NCBI GenBank assembly: GCA_946499835.1
Contig: CAMMTJ010000004.1
Coordinates: 15,148-79,147 of the forward strand
DNA from: an uncultured Bacillota bacterium
Lineage (GTDB): Bacteria > Bacillota > Clostridia > Christensenellales > UBA1242
DNA: 64,000 nt
Direction of reading: 5' to 3'
Below, in pieces: positions 43,399 to 57,222 of the stretch; position 1 is the stretch's first letter, and every line of letters begins with the position of its first letter. The position numbers and the translations under genes are program-made. The notes below the pieces were generated by a model. The model was not told where the DNA came from. It made no database searches and saw only the letters and a list, made by a program, of their open reading frames with translations.

Positions 43399-43857
43399 AT
43401 GACAGATTTCATGAAAGAAGCAATAAAAGAAGCAATAAAAGCCAAAGAGGCTGATGAAGTGCCAATCGGCGCTGTTGTTGTGTGCGATGGAAAGATAATT
43501 TCTCGTGCCTTCAATCAGCGTGAAAAGAAACAAAATGCACTTGCTCATGCTGAGGTGCTTGCAATAAACAAAGCCTGCAAAAAATTGGGATCGTGGCGAC
43601 TTGACAACGCCACAATTTATGTCACCCTTGAACCATGCCCAATGTGCGCTGGTGCGATAACAAACGCAAGAATAAAAGAAGTAGTCTATGGTTGCGAAGA
43701 AGCCACTTCAAAAGACAATCTTTGTCAGAAAATATTTGAAAGTGACAGGCTAAATCATCATCCTGCTTATACCTTTGACCAAACTCACAAACAAGAAATA
43801 ACTCAACTTCTGCAACAATTTTTCAAAGAAAAAAGACAAAAACAGAGCAAAAAATAG
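43399..43857 (+). CDS. tadA: tRNA adenosine(34) deaminase TadA
   Basis: HAEVLAI and PCPMCAGA. Confidence 0.9.
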   Translation: MTDFMKEAIKEAIKAKEADEVPIGAVVVCDGKIISRAFNQREKKQNALAHAEVLAINKACKKLGSWRLDNATIYVTLEPCPMCAGAITNARIKEVVYGCEEATSKDNLCQKIFESDRLNHHPAYTFDQTHKQEITQLLQQFFKEKRQKQSKK

Positions 43858-43873
43858 CCCTGTTTTTTGTAAA

Positions 43874-44341
43874 TTAAAGAAGTTTGATAAGTTCGTCTTC
43901 AAACTCTTTTTCACTTATTTTCCCCTCTTCTTTCAACTTTCGAAGATGCTCAATCTTTTTTTCTTTGTCACTTTTCATTTCGCTTGCGCTCTTATCTTCT
44001 TCCGGCTTAATCCAAACCATATCTGAGATAAACATTGTGATAATAAGGATTATCGTTGAAGCAGAGAACAAATTTAATATCAGCCCAATCATAACGGAAG
44101 TCATATAAAAACCATATCTCTTTTGGAAGTACTTTCCTCCGCCTGCGATTGAATAAATCAAAAAGCCTGTGCTTATCATAAATGCCACTATCTGCAAAAT
44201 GTCAAATATGGTATAAAATAATGGCTCTCTTTCAATGCTCGGAAGCATAAAATATGAGACGATCAAATAGATATTGAGTCCAATGTTCAAAATGTTCAAA
44301 ATTATCGCTGTGATAATGAGTGCTCTTTTTGTGTTGTTCAT
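43874..44341 (-). CDS. Membrane protein with C-terminal SHOCT-like domain
   Basis: Four TM segments, then KIEHLRKLKEEGKISEKEFEDELIKLL (SHOCT pattern). Confidence 0.65.
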   Translation of the reverse strand: MNNTKRALIITAIILNILNIGLNIYLIVSYFMLPSIEREPLFYTIFDILQIVAFMISTGFLIYSIAGGGKYFQKRYGFYMTSVMIGLILNLFSASTIILIITMFISDMVWIKPEEDKSASEMKSDKEKKIEHLRKLKEEGKISEKEFEDELIKLL

Positions 44342-44462
44342 TTTTCCACCTTTTATAACAAAAAATATAGCACAACCTTCTTTTTTTTGTCAAATTGATT
44401 TGCTCTTAACAAACAAAAAGATATATACTCAAATTGTAGAAAAATAGCGATAAGGAGTTTTT

Positions 44463-45233
44463 ATGAAAAATATTGTTATCACAGGTGCATCAAGCGGTAT
44501 AGGACTTGCACTTAAAGAATATTACACAAAATGTGGCGACAAGGTCATCGACATTTCAAGAAATGGAAGCGATTTTCAGTGCGATGTTTCTGACAGATAC
44601 AGTCTTTCCAAAGTCTTTGATCAGATAAAGTCTCAAATTGACAAAATCGACATCCTCGTTTGTTGTGCAGGGTTTGGTCTTTCTGGCGCTATCGAATTGA
44701 TCAGCGAAGAAAAAATTCGCTCAGAATATGACGTCAATGTGCTTGGCACAATTTTCACAATTCAACTTGCACTGCCTCTTATGAGAGAGAACGGCAAGAT
44801 AATCAACATAAGCAGTGCCTGTGCACTCTTCCCTCTTCCATTTCGAGCATTTTATTGCTCAAGCAAATCGGCTGTAAGCATGCTCTCTGACTGTTTGCGT
44901 ATGGAACTGAGCCAAACAAAGATTCAAGTGACTGCCATTTGTCCTTGCGACATACAAACACCTTTCACCAAAAATAGAATCAAAAACTTTGACACAAATG
45001 AGCGTTATGGAAATGCAATAACACTTTCAACACAAAAAATTGACAACAGTCAAGACAAACGTATGCCTCTTGACAAAGCAATCAAGATTATGGTCAAGAT
45101 TATAAACAAAAAGAAGTTGAAGCCTCAATACGTTATGGGCACAAGAAACAAGATTCTCTATCAAGTGCAAAAGTATTTCCCAAAATCTGTTGTATTGAAA
45201 GTTTTGACAAAGATTTTTTATAAAGCAAAATAA
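44463..45233 (+). CDS. SDR-family oxidoreductase
   Basis: ITGASSGIGLA, NISS, and YCSSK (YxxxK). Confidence 0.85.
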   Translation: MKNIVITGASSGIGLALKEYYTKCGDKVIDISRNGSDFQCDVSDRYSLSKVFDQIKSQIDKIDILVCCAGFGLSGAIELISEEKIRSEYDVNVLGTIFTIQLALPLMRENGKIINISSACALFPLPFRAFYCSSKSAVSMLSDCLRMELSQTKIQVTAICPCDIQTPFTKNRIKNFDTNERYGNAITLSTQKIDNSQDKRMPLDKAIKIMVKIINKKKLKPQYVMGTRNKILYQVQKYFPKSVVLKVLTKIFYKAK

Positions 45234-45267
45234 GCAAAGGTTATCTCTCAATTTGATATTTTGAGTT

Positions 45268-45297
45268 CAAAAAAACTTGGGTTATTGCCCAAGTTTT

Positions 45298-45299
<2 letters not shown>
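45268..45299. terminator. Bidirectional terminator between the SDR gene and groEL
   Basis: aaaaaaaacttggg-ttattg-cccaagtttttt. Confidence 0.75.
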
Positions 45300-46923
<1,624 letters not shown>

Positions 46924-47208
46924 TTATTTCACCACAGCCAAGATGTCAGTTTGTCTGACAACGACATATTTTTTCTCACCAAAAGTTATCTCAGTGCCAG
47001 CGTATTTTGAATATAACACCCTGTCACCTTCTTTGACTTGCATTTCAATCTTTTTGCCGTCAAGTTCTCCACCCTTGCCTACTGCAACGACTTTTGCAAT
47101 TTGACTCTTTTCTTGCGAAGCGGTTGGCAACAAAATGCCCCCTTTCGTTTCTTTTTCGCTCTCTTCTGGAAGCAAAACAACTCTATCAAAAAGTGGTTTA
47201 ATTTCCAT
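46924..47208 (-). CDS. groES: Co-chaperonin GroES
   Basis: MEIKPLFDRVVLLPEE..KGGILLP.. Confidence 0.95.
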   Translation of the reverse strand: MEIKPLFDRVVLLPEESEKETKGGILLPTASQEKSQIAKVVAVGKGGELDGKKIEMQVKEGDRVLYSKYAGTEITFGEKKYVVVRQTDILAVVK

Positions 47209-47351
47209 AAAATACCTCCTTAATTTCTTAAATATTATATCTCACCGCGTGACAAAAGTAAAGCAATAGCACCCTCTTTCCCTCATAGAAAGGCTTTTTT
47301 TGTCATACACATATTTGTGATACAACAACTTATAAAAGGAAGCAAGTCTTT

Positions 47352-48116
47352 ATGCCAAAATTTTCAAATAAAAAAATTTTTATATCCATTTCTGTCGCAT
47401 TTCTCTTTGTCACCGGTGTCTTTTGTGCCACCTTGCTCTCTTCATTTGTCTTGCCCGCCTCAACACAAGTTGCAGGACAAGTGAAATCCAATCAATTTGA
47501 AATTCACTTTCTTGCCTTAAACAAATCAACGCTCTCTTCTTCCGCCAGCACTCTTGCCAAAGATGTTCAATCAATCGGTGGTGGCGGATATGTTTGGAAA
47601 AATGGTGAATATTTTTATGTGGTGTCAAGTGCATATGCCAACAAAAATGATGCTGTGCTTGTGCAAAACAACTTGAAATCAAGTTCAATTGACAGTGAAA
47701 TCTTTTCAGTCACATTTCCATCCATTGTGATAGAAGGAGGATATGACAGCGAAAGCAAAAAGGTGCTAGGCAAAGCGGTAAACATTTTTGAGACCAGTTA
47801 TCTTGCTCTTTTTGATGTTGCAATAAGTCTTGACACACAGGTCTATAACGAGATATCGGCAAGACTTGCAATAAACTCAAATCATGCCAATATAAATTCT
47901 GTTATTGCCGATTTTCAAACTCTCTTTTCTCAAAGTGATGACAGCAAAATATCAGCGCTGTCTATTGCCCTTTCCTCTCTTTCAAAAATATCTGCAAACC
48001 TATGCTCTGGCGTGATAATAAACAGCGGTCAAACTTATTCATCACTGATCAAATATCGCTATACCGAAATTCTTTCTCTACTTTCTTCATTGTGTGAAAA
48101 CTTGAATAAAAGTTGA
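47352..48116 (+). CDS. Membrane-anchored hypothetical protein, possible SPOR-like domain
   Basis: N-terminal TM. GGGYVWKNGEYFYVVSSAYANKNDAVLVQNNLKS loosely fits the SPOR pattern. Confidence 0.55.
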   Translation: MPKFSNKKIFISISVAFLFVTGVFCATLLSSFVLPASTQVAGQVKSNQFEIHFLALNKSTLSSSASTLAKDVQSIGGGGYVWKNGEYFYVVSSAYANKNDAVLVQNNLKSSSIDSEIFSVTFPSIVIEGGYDSESKKVLGKAVNIFETSYLALFDVAISLDTQVYNEISARLAINSNHANINSVIADFQTLFSQSDDSKISALSIALSSLSKISANLCSGVIINSGQTYSSLIKYRYTEILSLLSSLCENLNKS

Positions 48117-48156
48117 AATGATTTTACAAAAAAAGCGTCAACATTTGACGCTTTTT

Positions 48157-48861
48157 TTACATTGCCTGCATAGGTTCAATATCAATTGAAGTCGATGATG
48201 AATCTCGCTCTGCCTTAACCGATCTGCAAGAGATTTCATATGCCGTTCGCACTTCTTTTCTTCCATCATCAAAGCATTTTGTGTATTCTCTTGATTGAAT
48301 CCTTCCTTCAATATGAAGTTTTGTGCCGACTTGTTGTTTTGAAATATATTGAGCATTTCTGCCCCAGAAAATACAAGGGAGATAATCTGATCTATTAAAC
48401 TTCCCACGATTGACAGCCACCAAGGCGTCACATATTTCTCTTCCAAAAGGCGTTTTACGATAAATTGGTTTGTCACAAATGAAGCCTGTCAAAGTTATCT
48501 GATTGACATTGTCTCTGTCAGATGCAAATTCCTCTCTCTCCTCTTCATTCATAGTGTCCTTGGCAAAGAAATATAAGATAAGTTTGCTCTTCTCTTCTTC
48601 CTGCCTATTATATGAACGAAATTCACCTTTGACAGCAAGCAAGTTGCCATCTGCAAGGTCAATATCCTTGCTCTCAACCAGTCTTTCAGGAATGGTTACT
48701 GGAATGAGGTCTGGCACTTGTGAACGCCTTTCAACCTCTGCGAAAAGTTCATAAAACCATTCCCCTTCAATTTGATGAGTTTTTCTGGCTTCCCCTTTGA
48801 TTTTTCCCACGATAAAAGCCTTGTTGTTTGTGTTTTCATTGTTAAAAAGTTTGTTTTGCAT
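48157..48861 (-). CDS. Tandem OB-fold SSB-like protein
   Basis: Two SSB-like halves: FIVGKIKG..FYELFAEVERRSQVPDLIPVTI..VKGEFRSYN and ITLTGFICDKP..NRSDYLPCIFWGRNAQ..IEGRIQSREY. The ATG at 48861 is preceded by GGAGG. Confidence 0.6.
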   Translation of the reverse strand: MQNKLFNNENTNNKAFIVGKIKGEARKTHQIEGEWFYELFAEVERRSQVPDLIPVTIPERLVESKDIDLADGNLLAVKGEFRSYNRQEEEKSKLILYFFAKDTMNEEEREEFASDRDNVNQITLTGFICDKPIYRKTPFGREICDALVAVNRGKFNRSDYLPCIFWGRNAQYISKQQVGTKLHIEGRIQSREYTKCFDDGRKEVRTAYEISCRSVKAERDSSSTSIDIEPMQAM

Positions 48862-48873
48862 TTTTTCCTCCAA

Positions 48874-49638
48874 TTATTTAAGGCTTTGCACGCCATTGTT
48901 GTCAACAACAAAATTGTCATGATAAATTAAATCGCCGACGCATGTCACTTTGTATCCTTTCATTGTCAAACGTTCAAGTATCATTTTTGTCGACTCTACC
49001 ACATTGTCAGCGTTGTTATGACAAAGGATAATCGACCCATTTTGGACTCTATCAAGCACACGCGTTGTCACTTCTACCGATGAAAGACCTTTCCAATCGA
49101 GAGAATCAACGTCCCATTGGATTGTGGTCAGTCCCAAACTTTCGCAGGTGGAAAGAAGAGTGTTGTTGTAAGAGCCATAAGGCGCTCTGAATAACGACAC
49201 TTCTTTGCCTGTCAAATTTTCAATTTTGGTGGTTGAAGTTTCCAGTTCTTTTTTTATCGTTTCGCTGTCAAGTTTGACCATGTCAGGATGTGTATTTGAA
49301 TGGGTGCCAATTTCCATTCCAGCCTCATCTATCTTTGTGACCATTTCTGGATATTTATCTACCCAGAAGCCAACAAGGAAGAATGTTGCTGTTGCGTTGT
49401 AGGAAGAAAGCACCTCCAAAATTTCTTCTGTTTTGTCAGCACCCCAAGCGGCATCAAAGGATATGGCGACTTGTTTTTCCTCTGTCTGCACACGATAAAT
49501 GGGCACTTTTCGACTGCTGTTGCCGAAAAAAACTGATGCGGCACTACTGCCCTCTATTGAAAGCGTCAAGAGAACAGCGACCAAAATCATTGCAAGCGCA
49601 ATTTTTATGGTCTTAGATTTGATAACGCAAAATGGCAT
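48874..49638 (-). CDS. Polysaccharide deacetylase (NodB family, PdaA/PdaB-like)
   Basis: ISFDAAWG, ATFFLVGFW, GMEIGTHSNTHPD, LFRAPYG and ILCHN. Confidence 0.85.
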   Translation of the reverse strand: MPFCVIKSKTIKIALAMILVAVLLTLSIEGSSAASVFFGNSSRKVPIYRVQTEEKQVAISFDAAWGADKTEEILEVLSSYNATATFFLVGFWVDKYPEMVTKIDEAGMEIGTHSNTHPDMVKLDSETIKKELETSTTKIENLTGKEVSLFRAPYGSYNNTLLSTCESLGLTTIQWDVDSLDWKGLSSVEVTTRVLDRVQNGSIILCHNNADNVVESTKMILERLTMKGYKVTCVGDLIYHDNFVVDNNGVQSLK

Positions 49639-49774
49639 TTGCAAACCTCACTTTTAATAATAGATTTCTTCAAGTCTTCTGTAAAAGGATAACTTGCCCT
49701 ATTTTGTTAGTTTTTGTTCACCTTTGTCGAATGACTTTGTTTCAATTATATTTTTCAGCCATTTTGATTATGAC

Positions 49775-49802
49775 AAAAAAGACAGCCTTTCATCAGGCTG
49801 TC
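49775..49802 (-). terminator. Terminator after the topoisomerase operon
   Basis: Reverse strand: gacagcct-gatgaa-aggctgtc followed by tttttt. Confidence 0.75.
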
Positions 49803-49834
49803 CTTAATCCTTGCATTTGGCATACAGTTTTTTG

Positions 49835-52303
49835 CTATACAATATAGTTTGATATAGAAATAAACTGCTTTTTGATAATTTCATTTCCAGTGTTCAATCT
49901 ATCCACGCTTGGCAATTTCTTTGTTTCCAGTGGCAACAATTTTACGCCAAAATCAACTGCCAAAACAATGTTGCCGTCACCTGCACAAGCAAATGCGACC
50001 TTCTTTCCACCTTTTGCAAAGTTGACATATTTGACGCCTTTGCGATAACGCTGTGCAAGAGGAAATTCTTTGGTGTTTATCTTTTTGATATAACCATTGT
50101 CTGTCACTGCAATAACTTGCGTGAAATCATTTTGTCCAGCATAGACAACATAGTCTCCTTCTTCCAAGTTGATGCCTTTCACGCCAGCAGAAATTCTGCC
50201 TTGAATTGGCACTTCGCTCTTATCGAAATTGAGACTCATGCCGTCTTTTGTGAGCATAAGCAAAGTGCCTTTGCCTCTTTCCACTTCTGCTCCGATGACT
50301 TCATCTCCATCATTCAATTTTACGCCTTGATAGAAAGATTTGACAGTTATGCAGTCTTGCATGGTTGACTTTTTGCACATTCCCTGTTTTGTGTAAAACA
50401 AAACATTTGTGTTGTCAGACTTGATAATAAATGTCACAGGGAATTCAGAAGATGGACAATTTTTGTCAATCTTTGAAAGCAAACATCCTTTGTCACGCCA
50501 TTTGCATTCTGGGATCGCATCAACTTGCACTTTGCAAATATTTCCTTTCTTGGTAACAAACATCACAACATCTTTTGATGAGAGTTTGACCACCTTGCTG
50601 TGCACATCTGACAGGGTTGAATTGTCAAAAAGAGTCTTTTGTGACATTGAATAGTTTTTCAGTGGCACTTTTTTGATTGTTCCAATGGCAGATAATGCAA
50701 CCATAAAACTCTTATCTTCTGTCTCCTCTTGTTTTGCCTCTTCCACTTTGATTTCGGCAGACTTTGCCAGTTTGCTTCTTCGAGGATTTGCATATCTTTT
50801 CTTGATTTCTGTTATTTCTTGTTTAACAATATCAAGTTGCGCTTTCTTTGAAGAGAGAATTCTTTCATATTCTGCAATTCGGGCTTTAAGTTCTTTGAGT
50901 TCTTCTTGAAGTTTTGTCACTTCCAAATTGACAAGCCTTGCAAGACGCATATCAAGAATAGCCTGTGCTTGACGATCTGACAGGTTGAATCTTGTGCGAA
51001 GTTTTGTCTTTGCCTCGCTCACACTGGCTGATTTTTTGATAATCTTTATCACTTCATCGATATTTTTGATTGCGATGAGAAGCCCTTCAACAATATGTGC
51101 TCTTTCCTTGGCTGCGTTAAGGTCAAACTTGGTGCGTCTGACAATAATCTCTCTTTGGTATGCTGTGTAATATGAAATTATCTCCATCAGACCAAGTTGT
51201 TTTGGTTTTCCGCCTGCGATAGCAACCATATTGATTGCAAACGACACTTGAAGATTTGTTGCCTTGAAAAGATATTCAAGAATCTTCTTTGGATTTGCAT
51301 CTTTTTTAAGTCTGATAACTGCCCTCATACCTGTTCGGTCACTCTCATCACGGATTTCAGCGATAGATGAAAGTTTGTCTTTGTTTGTCTCTTTGAGTTC
51401 GGCAATCTTTTGAAGCAAAAGGGCTTTATTGACTTGATAAGGAATTTCGCTGATGACAAGATTGGTCTTATCGCCAACAGTTTCAATATTGACTTTTGAT
51501 CGTATGATTATTTTGCCTTTACCTGTTCTGTAAGCCTGCTCAAGACCTTCATCAAAGATAAGTTCTCCCCCAGTTGGAAAGTCAGGCGCTTTGATGATTT
51601 TCATCATTTGTTCAAGTTTGATATTTGGATTGTCGATGTATGCAACCACACCGTCAATAACCTCTCCAAGGTTGTGAGGAGGAATGTTTGTGGCAACACC
51701 AACGGCAATTCCTGATGCGCCATTGACAAGCAGGTTTGGAAATCTGCCAGGAAGCATATCAGGTTCTTTCAAAGTGTCATCAAAGTTAAGTGACCAGCGA
51801 ACGGTATCTTTTTCAAGGTCACGCATAAGTTCCATAGCAAGCGGAGCAAGTCTCGCCTCTGTATAACGCATAGCCGCAGGACTGTCACCATCGACAGACC
51901 CAAAGTTTCCATGTCCGTCAACAAGTGGAGCACGGAGAACAAAGTCTTGTGCCATACGCGTCATAGCATCATAAACAGAAATATCACCATGAGGATGATA
52001 TTTTCCGAGACAGTCACCAACAATTCTTGCAGATTTTCTGTAAGGTTTGTCTGGTGTAACGCCAAGTTCCAACATAGAATACAAAATCCTGCGTTGGACA
52101 GGTTTAAGTCCATCTTCCACACGTGGAAGTGCTCTGTCCATAACAACCGTTTCAGTGTATGGTATCATTGAGTCGTGAAGCACCTCGTCAATAGAACGCA
52201 AAATTATGCCATGCCCTGTCCCATCCATGTCATTCTTATCTTTTTCTTCTTCTACTGCTTTTGGTGGCTCTTCTTTATTGCCTATGATATCATCATAACT
52301 CAT
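49835..52303 (-). CDS. parC: Type IIA topoisomerase subunit A, ParC-type
   Basis: [21 protein letters not shown] has the Q typical of ParC (GyrA usually has H). I see no GyrA-box (QRRGGKG) at the start of the C-terminal domain. The ATG at 52303 is preceded by GAGGGTGG. Confidence 0.7.
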   Translation of the reverse strand: MSYDDIIGNKEEPPKAVEEEKDKNDMDGTGHGIILRSIDEVLHDSMIPYTETVVMDRALPRVEDGLKPVQRRILYSMLELGVTPDKPYRKSARIVGDCLGKYHPHGDISVYDAMTRMAQDFVLRAPLVDGHGNFGSVDGDSPAAMRYTEARLAPLAMELMRDLEKDTVRWSLNFDDTLKEPDMLPGRFPNLLVNGASGIAVGVATNIPPHNLGEVIDGVVAYIDNPNIKLEQMMKIIKAPDFPTGGELIFDEGLEQAYRTGKGKIIIRSKVNIETVGDKTNLVISEIPYQVNKALLLQKIAELKETNKDKLSSIAEIRDESDRTGMRAVIRLKKDANPKKILEYLFKATNLQVSFAINMVAIAGGKPKQLGLMEIISYYTAYQREIIVRRTKFDLNAAKERAHIVEGLLIAIKNIDEVIKIIKKSASVSEAKTKLRTRFNLSDRQAQAILDMRLARLVNLEVTKLQEELKELKARIAEYERILSSKKAQLDIVKQEITEIKKRYANPRRSKLAKSAEIKVEEAKQEETEDKSFMVALSAIGTIKKVPLKNYSMSQKTLFDNSTLSDVHSKVVKLSSKDVVMFVTKKGNICKVQVDAIPECKWRDKGCLLSKIDKNCPSSEFPVTFIIKSDNTNVLFYTKQGMCKKSTMQDCITVKSFYQGVKLNDGDEVIGAEVERGKGTLLMLTKDGMSLNFDKSEVPIQGRISAGVKGINLEEGDYVVYAGQNDFTQVIAVTDNGYIKKINTKEFPLAQRYRKGVKYVNFAKGGKKVAFACAGDGNIVLAVDFGVKLLPLETKKLPSVDRLNTGNEIIKKQFISISNYIV

Positions 52304-52347
52304 TTGTCCACCCTCAAAATTTTCTTTGTCTTGCACTGCACTACCTC

Positions 52348-54300
<1,953 letters not shown>

Positions 54301-54479
54301 ACATTACTCCAAAATAACTTATCTGCAAATATTATAACATAAAAATAAAAATTAAACCAAGTTTTTTTGGCGTAATGTTGATAAGAAATTTTATGAATAT
54401 TTATGCGTTTTATTGCAAACATATTCATATTAAATAATTTGTTTAATTGTGCATATGCTAATATAAAAGGGAAAAATTT

Positions 54480-55541
54480 ATGAAAAAAATTGTTTTAACA
54501 GGTGGTGGCACTGCTGGTCATATCTACCCTGCACTTGCTGTGAGAGAAAGACTCTCTCGGGAGACAGAGGTTCATTTTGTTGGCGGAAACGGAATGGAAA
54601 AAGATATCCTCAAAAATGAAAAGGATATCTCTTTTCATCAAATCCGCACAGTAAAGTTGGAGAGAAAATTGACTCCAAAAAATTTGCTTATCCCTTTCAA
54701 ACTCATTTTGGCAATTCATGATGCAAAGAAACTTTTGAAAGAAATAAAGCCTGATATTATATTTTCAAAAGGTGGCTTTGTGTCTGTGCCAACAGTAATC
54801 GCTGGAAAAAAACTTGGCGTGCCTATTGTAAGTCATGAGTCCGATCTTTCAATGGGACTTGCAAACAAAATTATACTCAAAAAATGTGACATAATGTGCA
54901 CCTCTTTTGAAGAGACTGCCAAAGTGGACAAGAAATGTGTTTACACAGGTCAGCCAATTCGCAAAAAAGTTTTTCGTGGTGACAAAAGCAAAATTCAAAG
55001 TCAAGGCAATTTCGATTCAAGCCTGCCAAACCTTCTTGTCATTGGCGGTTCACTTGGAGCAAAGTTTATCAATGAAAAAGTTTGGGGCAATATTGACAAA
55101 CTGACACAAGAGTTTAACGTTGTGCATATCACAGGCAAACAAGCAAAAGAAAAACATAGCCACAAAAATTATTTACAAATCAGTTATGCTGAAAATATTG
55201 GTGACTTCTTTGCTTGGAGCGACATTGTGCTCTCACGTGCTGGCGCTGGTGCAATAAATGAATTTGTTGCACTGAGAAAACCTGCACTGCTTATTCCATT
55301 ATCAAAAAAATGTTCACGTGGCGACCAAATTGAAAATGCAAAATTATATGATAAAAAAGGTCTTGCTGATATTTTGGAAGAAGAAGATTTTGATAATGTT
55401 CTTTTTATGATAAAATTAAAAAATCTACTCAAAAATGCAAAAAATTATATTAAAAACATGGAAAAAATGCAAAGTTTTGATGCAAGTGAGAAAATAGTCA
55501 AGATCCTTGAAAATACAGCACAAAAAAATATTCAAAAATGA
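54480..55541 (+). CDS. murG: UDP-GlcNAc:lipid I N-acetylglucosaminyltransferase MurG
   Basis: LTGGGTAGHIYPALAV, and the C-terminal LSRAGAGAINEF. Confidence 0.9.
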   Translation: MKKIVLTGGGTAGHIYPALAVRERLSRETEVHFVGGNGMEKDILKNEKDISFHQIRTVKLERKLTPKNLLIPFKLILAIHDAKKLLKEIKPDIIFSKGGFVSVPTVIAGKKLGVPIVSHESDLSMGLANKIILKKCDIMCTSFEETAKVDKKCVYTGQPIRKKVFRGDKSKIQSQGNFDSSLPNLLVIGGSLGAKFINEKVWGNIDKLTQEFNVVHITGKQAKEKHSHKNYLQISYAENIGDFFAWSDIVLSRAGAGAINEFVALRKPALLIPLSKKCSRGDQIENAKLYDKKGLADILEEEDFDNVLFMIKLKNLLKNAKNYIKNMEKMQSFDASEKIVKILENTAQKNIQK

Positions 55542-55624
55542 CAAAATAACAGAATATTTTTGCAAATAAAAAAGTAAAAATAAAATAATAAAATAAATAT
55601 TACAAAATATGACATAAAAAAAGC

Positions 55625-55654
55625 AAAATTATCTTTGCTTTTTTATTTTTTATT
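55625..55654. terminator. Bidirectional terminator in an extremely AT-rich spacer (murG / S8 protease)
   Basis: aaaaaaagcaaa-attatc-tttgctttttt. Confidence 0.65.
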
Positions 55655-55673
55655 TATTTTTTTCGACTTTTTT

Positions 55674-56873
55674 TTAATATTTTCGAAATAATTTATTTTT
55701 GCTGTTTGTATTATACGCTCTTTTTCTTTCTCCTAAGATTTCCTTTATGACAGGATACCCAAAACCTTCGCTATTTTTATTGAAAGTTATCGCCTTGCAA
55801 CATGAAAGCAACTTTTGTTTGACTTGGTCAGGACTGAGCGACCCTTCCTTTTCAAGAAGCAATGCAACAACCCCTGCAATCATTGGCGTTGCAACAGACG
55901 TGCCACTCAACTTCACATAATCACCCTTCACGCCACACGATGTTATATCAACAGATGGTGCAACAAGGTCAGGCTTAAATCTTTGAAAGGCAGGGCCTCT
56001 GGATGAAAAATCTGCTATCTCAAAAAAGTTTGGATCAAAGTTGTCACTATCTATTCGGTTGTCATCAAAGCCACCAACAGTGATAATTCTGCCACTCACA
56101 CCTGGACTTTTTATCGTTTGAAACTCTGGACCGCTGTTCCCGGCAGCAGCGACAACAACAATACCTTCCCTCCAAAGTGCTTCACTGCCTGCCATAATTG
56201 GATCGTTGAAGCCAACAGGTTCACTGCCAAAACTCATGCAAACCACTTTGATGTCATATTGTTTATGATTGTTGTAAACCCATTGCATCGCATCAATGAT
56301 TTTGTCAGCCGATGCCTCGCCCTTGCCGTTTAACGCTTTGAGCGATATGATCTTTGCTTGCGGTGCAATGCCACAATACTTGCCACCTGAAAGACAACCA
56401 TTGCCAGCGCAAACACCACTCACAAAAGTTCCATGTCCGTTATCATCATAGATCTTTTCTTTGCCACCTACAAAATCTTTGAAATAAATCACCCTGTCCT
56501 CTTCCAAAAGAAAGTCTGGATGAGGGGCAATTCCAGTGTCTATAAAAGCAACATTGACGCCCCGTCCACTCAGTGACAAACCATCAAGTTCAAATATCTT
56601 CTTTGCGACATTCATGAGAGTTGTCGCTTTGGATAATGAATAAATGAAAGAAACTTGACTTAGAGATGAAAGAGATAAAATTTGCTTTTTCGTCAAACGC
56701 AATTTGAAAGAGTTTATGAATAAATATTCGTCAAGAACCTGACACTTGTTATGTAAAAGATATTTTTTCAGTCTTGGAAAGTCAAAGGCTTTGACAATGC
56801 AATCCACTTTTTCATTTTCGCTTGAAATGAAGACCTGTGACAAGAGAAGTTTATCAATTTTGCTATAATTCAT
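55674..56873 (-). CDS. S8 (subtilisin-like) serine peptidase without signal peptide
   Basis: VAFIDTGI (Asp), HGTFVSG (His) and GTSVATPMIAG (Ser). The N-terminal ~100 aa look propeptide-like. Confidence 0.85.
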   Translation of the reverse strand: MNYSKIDKLLLSQVFISSENEKVDCIVKAFDFPRLKKYLLHNKCQVLDEYLFINSFKLRLTKKQILSLSSLSQVSFIYSLSKATTLMNVAKKIFELDGLSLSGRGVNVAFIDTGIAPHPDFLLEEDRVIYFKDFVGGKEKIYDDNGHGTFVSGVCAGNGCLSGGKYCGIAPQAKIISLKALNGKGEASADKIIDAMQWVYNNHKQYDIKVVCMSFGSEPVGFNDPIMAGSEALWREGIVVVAAAGNSGPEFQTIKSPGVSGRIITVGGFDDNRIDSDNFDPNFFEIADFSSRGPAFQRFKPDLVAPSVDITSCGVKGDYVKLSGTSVATPMIAGVVALLLEKEGSLSPDQVKQKLLSCCKAITFNKNSEGFGYPVIKEILGERKRAYNTNSKNKLFRKY

Positions 56874-57139
56874 TTGAGAAGAGAAAGCATCCTTTTCACA
56901 TTTTGATAGTCTTGTTCGCTTAATCCACTTTTAAGCCCTTCTACCAAACTTTCAAGTTGTTCATAATCAAATGTTCCTTCTCTCTTTTGTTTTGCCACTT
57001 CGTCAAAAAGTTGCCTTTCAAGTTGATCTTTCGGCATATCTTTCAAAGAGTTGTATTTCTTTGCAATATCCTCTTCGCTGACAATCTCTGCCCTTTTGTC
57101 TTGCCTTTTGGTGTAATCAAACTGCGAAAGTTTTCCCAT
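56870..57139 (-). CDS. Hypothetical 89-aa charged protein, translationally coupled to the S8 peptidase
   Basis: ATGA stop/start overlap with the downstream peptidase. No family recognised. Confidence 0.55.
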   Translation of the reverse strand: MGKLSQFDYTKRQDKRAEIVSEEDIAKKYNSLKDMPKDQLERQLFDEVAKQKREGTFDYEQLESLVEGLKSGLSEQDYQNVKRMLSLLK

Positions 57140-57222
57140 ATTTTTTCACTCCTCTACTTTCAATATATGTTCACATTTTGCCTTGTTGCACTATTTTTTC
57201 GAAAAGCGAATATAATTTATTT

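Noticed and set aside
47250-47262. CIRCE-like half site atagcaccc upstream of groES
   Set aside because: No matching inverted half lies at the required 9-nt spacing, so I do not call a CIRCE operator.
55542-55673. A ~130-bp, extremely AT-rich spacer with A-tracts, considered as a dif site, an origin element or a small RNA
   Set aside because: I found no match to the Firmicute dif consensus and no DnaA boxes. The only clear structure is a bidirectional terminator hairpin.
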